DNA of 64,000 bases, taken from contig NC_087258.1 in the NCBI RefSeq assembly GCF_037042905.1, forward strand, positions 15,748,001 to 15,812,000, in the 5' to 3' direction. Numbering within the stretch: position 1 is the first letter of the stretch; the number at the start of each line of letters is the position of its first letter. The DNA is from Lytechinus pictus (Eukaryota). The position numbers and the translations under genes are program-made. The notes beneath the pieces were generated by a model, which saw nothing but the letters and a program-made list of their open reading frames with translations, was not told where the DNA came from and did not search any database. Positions 51,101 to 64,000 of this stretch are shown piece after piece.

Positions 51101-51638
51101 GGTCAATTTTCTACCCACTTTCTCCAATATTCTACAACACATTCTACAATCTTTCCCGGAAAATAGCGGAGTTTGAGATAGAATGGACATTGATCTCACT
51201 TTCTCTCTCTTCCCCTTTCTTTCCCTATAACACTCTATTTATATAACTCTCTCACAAACTCCATCTCCCTTTCATCTATACCACTCTCTCTCTCTCTCTC
51301 CCTCTTTCTTCCGCTTTACCGCTCTATATATTTATCTCTATCTCTCCCGTTCTTTCTTTACACCACTCATTTTTTTTAATCTTTCTCTCTCCCTATGTCA
51401 TTTTCTTTGGGGGAGGTTTAATTTACCATTTTTAATACCAATACTGTTTAAGGTTTTTTACGTTTTGAAATTTATACGCTCTTAATTGTGCATGGGCTCA
51501 ACAATTCGGCGAAGGTCTCGGCAGCAAATCTCTCTGTCATTCTCGGGGGGGAAGGGGTATTTTATTTTAGTATTCATTAAACCAATACAGATGGATGATT
51601 TTGCATTTTTTTATCTCGAAGCAAGAAGTTCCGTTGCA

Positions 51639-59305
<7,667 letters not shown>

Positions 59306-59641
59306 CGTTGTTCGTATCCTTCGCTATGAATTGAGAAAGGGGGTGAAATTGTATATCAACATTTATATCATGAAAGGGAAAAACAATAAAAACAAAAACA
59401 ACAACAGGCGGCAAACGTACGAGTATTTTCGTTTTTTACTTCACAAAAGTCCAAATTACCTTCGCTCATGTGACTTATTAGCAAGTTAGTTTCAACTGAT
59501 TTGTTCAAATGAAGGTAAATTGCGTTTGAGAATATTACCTTAAAATTGTTTCTTAATTTTTAACTTTCATACCTTATTACACAAAAAGTTAACATATCGA
59601 TTAGCAAGAAGAATATTTAAAACATTTCAATGCCTAAATCA

Positions 59642-59825
59642 GGGGGTCGTTTCATAAAGCTGTTCGTAAGTTAAGAGCGACTTTAAGAACGACTGGTGAA
59701 CCTTTCTTACGCGCTAAGCCATCACCAATGAACATTTTAGTGTACACCATTTACCACACGAAAGGATCACCAGTCGTTCTTAAAGTTGCTCTTAATAACT
59801 TACGAACAGCTTTACGAAACACCCA
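59642..59825. mobile_element. Harbinger-like MITE
   Basis: Near-palindromic arms GTTTCATAAAGCTGTTCGTAAGTTA / TAACTTACGAACAGCTTTACGAAAC. Confidence 0.75.
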
Positions 59826-61787
59826 CTAGGCCTCTGTAGAAACGACAAATATGCAATTTTTCGTCAGTTCCTAAACTTAGGACGAACTGCTGTTCCGGTT
59901 TACCAATTTTCGACAAAGACCTCCCAGCTGTTTACTGTCATTTTGAATGGCATTTTTAGTACATTTACTTCGTTCTTAATTCGTTCTGCGTAGCAGTGTG
60001 AAAACTCGCTTTAATCCCTTCAGTAGAATACAACGATCTATCCTGAGAAAGAGATCATTCGCTGCTGATTAGATTTCATCCGTTTGTTTGTTTGTTTGTT
60101 TGCTTGCTTTCTTCCTTGCTTTTGATGTGTGTGAGGGTGTGTGTGTGTGTTTCACGTTTCTGTTACTGAGTCTGTATTGAAAGGTGATGCGGATTCCAAT
60201 GGGAATTTTAGAGGGAAATCGCTGTGTTTCTTTATCAGTTTCTCTCGGTCGTAATCTCCCATGCATTACACGTCCACACGAAACCCAATTAGATTTGCTG
60301 ATATTCTTTTAAACTAAAAAATGGTTTCCTCTTTTCTGGATCGCACCTTCATGGTCAAATTTGTTGAAACATCTACATCATTTTGGAATCGAAGTTTGGC
60401 ACCTCATAATCAAGTTGTTTGTATCTTCTGTTTGTATCCTTTTGAACGATTTTGTGAAATGCCACCCTCCATTCATATCTACTGCAGATATTCTGCAGAG
60501 TCTACCGCGCAAACCCTTCACTCGAGTTAAGGGTCCGAATGCGCAGCCTCTGTGCCAATCTTTACGTGAAAGCCCAATTGTTGATCAAAGTTTCAATCAG
60601 GGTCTGTGCCTGCAGACTAGCTACCGCAAGTGGATTATGGAAACCATTCCCAAACTCTCCACAAAGATTGGTCAAAATTATGTTTCGATGATCATCATTA
60701 CTAATTAAATAATTTACATAATTGAATACCTGTAAAATTGAAGATTTTGATATCTGGGGGTATTCTGTTGATGTTTTTCCTTTTTCCTTTTAAAAAATAT
60801 CAAAAACGCAGCCGAAAAAAAGTTGTTGGTTTATTTATCTGATTAGCATTGAATACAACCAAATAATAATAATAAATACAATTTACTAGGCGCCGTATCC
60901 GTTTCATAGAAGGTGCTCAAGTCGCAAGAGTGAAGGGGGGGGCAAACAAAATAACACACTTGTTTTAATCACCTTTTATTGATAAAGAGGGGGAGCAATT
61001 ATTCAATTTCAATTTCAATTTATTTGCTCATAAAAATCCATACAAAAACATACATATACAAAGTATCATATTCACAAAATAGAAAAAACAACAACAAATA
61101 GAAATAAACATTGGATTGACTATGAGAGGGACAGCAAGAAAGGAACAAGCCTTGTGATTAGCTGACCCTATATAACTATAAACTATAAACCAAGGTTGCC
61201 TGTTCTAAGCAACGTGATACTTGGGCAACTTTAAATAAATACAGTACGGTAATTTTACAGAAGCAACAGATATATGCATAGATCAAAGGATTTGATCTTT
61301 TATAACACAATAATGAGAAGAGTGCAAAAAGAAGGGAGGGAATGCGATATCTCGTGCTTTAATATATATCTATTAAAATATCATTACACAGGATAACAAG
61401 CTCAGATTGACTTAAGACTTTTCAGCATGGTCCTGTTAACATAAAATAGCAATGCATACATAGAAGCTAAAAGAGTAAATTAGTTTCTATACAAATAATG
61501 AATCGATTCAATAACATTAAAATCAGAATTATCACTAATACATAAATTGTTCAAAGATAACATTCAATTTTTGAGGAATCGGCGAAATGAGAATAGTGAT
61601 CCTATAGACAACACAATAACAGTAAAATATAAACTAAACATAACTTAACTGACATTTCCTGATTTTTTAAAACATTTTTCTCGTCCATCATCGTCAAAAG
61701 AAGTACAGTTTGCACTTAACACCCGATTCATATTTGATATATGCAAATTATAGGACCTTTTATCGAAATACATAAAGCAAGACTTAC

Positions 61788-62010
61788 CACCTGGTTCGAT
61801 ACAGTCAAGCAAGTCTTCCCGGTGCACTTCAGATCTGGGGCCACAACGGATAAGTCGAGAGAGATGTGGACTGGAACTGATGCCAGTGGAGTGTATCAAT
61901 CCCAGTTCGTCAAAAGGGGTAGGTTCGGAACAACCGTTCTGAATCTTTGGGTTACCAGTAAATCATGTTTCGTCTGTTACGTCACGAGGTTCGTTGGCCA
62001 ATCAGCGCTG
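61788..62010 (-). promoter_or_regulatory. Candidate promoter and non-coding first exon of the DHPS-like gene
   Basis: Minus-strand donor GTG|GTAAGT at 61787; TGACGTAA (61977-61984) and CCAATCAG (61998-62005) upstream; acceptor at 59324, 18 nt before the ATG. Confidence 0.35.
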
Positions 62011-63327
62011 TGTCTCTTCAACTGGAGAAGACAATCATTTAAGGGAGATTATACTTAGTAATATATATTTCACAATTTTTACTGAAATATAACAGAGAAT
62101 ACGTACGTACATGATGACGATATAGCATTCCACTATACCCCCACACACACACACTAAATTGGAAATGGGAATGGGAAAGGGTGTGTGTGTGTGTGTGTGT
62201 ATGTGTACCTATTACCATCCAGGGGCGATTTCAAACTTCGATAAAACTATTTGAAGGAAACGTTATATGTTTTTTTTTTCTCAATTACATTATGGTAATA
62301 GAGTTCCACTAACCACACTTTTCTTCTTTTATTCTTCTTTCTTCTTCCCTTCCTATCCCTGTACTTTTCCTTTCTCAGTCTTTTCTTTTCCCTTAGTTCT
62401 TGACACATGTGCTTTATCCTGTCCGAGACAAACTGGTAACGTTCATTTAATCAATTTTTTTATTAGATTTAGTTTGTTGTTGTTTTCCGTAATCCGAATG
62501 CGCGAGACGCTTTTGGATGTCTGAATAGTAGATTTGATTGGAGACTTGATTGTATCGTGGACCTACTCGGTCTATGTACAAAATAGAACATAGATTCACT
62601 GAAGTATGAGCAAATTCGCAGTATTTCATAGGCTTGTCATCAGTTTATTTTGTTCTATGGCCCTCATGAAAAGAAAAGACCCATTCAGTGGATTTTGTAA
62701 AAGGCAAAATGACAACCTGATCAATAAAGGTCGGCTATAGACTAATACGGTTTAGATGCTGTTTTCGTAGGGTAATTTTTAACGGGGGTGGCTTCAAGTA
62801 AGTAAACCCAAAAGAATAACGTATGCACGCAAATTTGAAAGTGATTTTGTTTTCCTTTGGAGCGAAATGTGGAAGAAAGAATAGCATTCGATAGTGCCAT
62901 ACTCTCTACGTGCAAAAGAGCTAATCTAGTTCCTAATCACACGCCTCTTGGAGTGATAGGGACCGATCCTTTTTGGAGTGAATTGTACATCCTTTGAGAG
63001 TGCATTATGACTCCTTTTGGAGTGAACTGCATGTGCCTCCTCTCGCAGTTCACTCCAGTTCAGAGCGAGTCATAATGTCCTATTGGCAGGACAACCATGC
63101 TCTCCATCCCGTATGGCGAAATTTCTTTCCTTTTTTTGCCACACCGCATTCTGCTGACCGGTTACTTACATTATTGGTATATCAAGATAAATGTTCGAGA
63201 GGCTTTGTGAGATGTATAGTAATTATGATTCATGCATTTGGAGTAATAAAACAATAAATATTATTTGGGCCCACGTGGGGTAGATCTGCCATGGATGGAT
63301 GTTGATATTTCCCTACTTTGGCCATGT

Positions 63328-63495
63328 GACAAGCTGAGAAATCTTGTCACGTAATTTAAGTATAGGAAGGGTAAGCTGTGAAATCTTGCCATGATTAGGT
63401 AAGCTGAGAAATCTCACCATAAAAATTTTAAACTTGGCAAGCTGTGAAATCTTGCCTTAGATTTTAAAGTTGGCAAGCTGTGAAATCTTGCGTTT
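63328..63495. repeat. Short degenerate tandem repeat, AAGCTG(T/A)GAAATCT x5
   Basis: Five copies spaced ~29-42 bp apart. Confidence 0.6.
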
Positions 63496-64000
63496 GTTTT
63501 GATTTTGGTTTATAATTTTTCAGTAGACATGAAATTTGAAGTAGATATCTCAGGAGGCCTCATACCTATGTCTTTGTGTGATGCAATATAGTGATATTAT
63601 GATACTTGTCGATGAATTGAGAATATTATTTCGACAATGCTACTCGATTAATTATTATACCACGGAATACCACATATAACTATATTTGTTTCTCCGCTGT
63701 GTCTGGACTTGGATAATGCACTCTAAAAGGATGTACAGGTCACTCCAAATGGATTGGTTTCTAGTATCACTCCAAGTGGAGTGTAATTAGGAACTAGATT
63801 AGCTATTTTGCATGTACAGATACAGAGTAAACTGCTCTTAGCCATGTTATTTCTTGAGGAAAAAAATGGTGTGACATTAAGGTCTTCTTGCCCCGCGCCC
63901 CGCCATCTCCCCATCAAATTATGATCCTACCCTGGCGCCTCCCCCACAGACCATAGACTTGTAAATAATGGTAATTTGTGAAGATTATGGGTGGTGTTAA

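Noticed and set aside
60300-60729. Minus-strand exon after the acceptor at 60730
   Set aside because: No sustained reading frame or clear donor; could be UTR or non-coding but is unsupported.

Overview
Eukaryotic, AT-rich, intron- and repeat-rich DNA. The repeat repertoire suggests an echinoderm, probably a sea urchin (inference). I reconstructed three gene loci by hand from splice sites and reading frames. (1) A dual oxidase (Duox) pseudogene fragment on the minus strand (22827-32162; 10 exons or exon remnants, two in-frame stops, two truncated exons, one lost donor). (2) An intact CYP2-clan cytochrome P450 on the plus strand (7 coding exons, 39941-45281, 493 aa). (3) An intact but divergent deoxyhypusine synthase (DHPS)-like gene on the minus strand (8 coding exons, 59305-51639, 422 aa). 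The DHPS-like protein has an N-terminus that looks like a mitochondrial presequence and substitutions around the NAD and polyamine pockets; it is the strongest candidate for new biology. Mobile DNA includes: a young non-autonomous LTR element with apparently identical 175-bp LTRs, non-TG/CA ends, a tRNA-Leu PBS and a 775-aa dead-protease ORF; a nested Helentron-type element; two kb-scale foldback elements; a 5'-truncated CR1/L2 LINE; many MITEs and SINEs; 25-40 bp palindromic insertions with 7-bp TSDs; and a Penelope-type minimal hammerhead motif. No database searches were run. Comparisons to human proteins are from memory and need checking.
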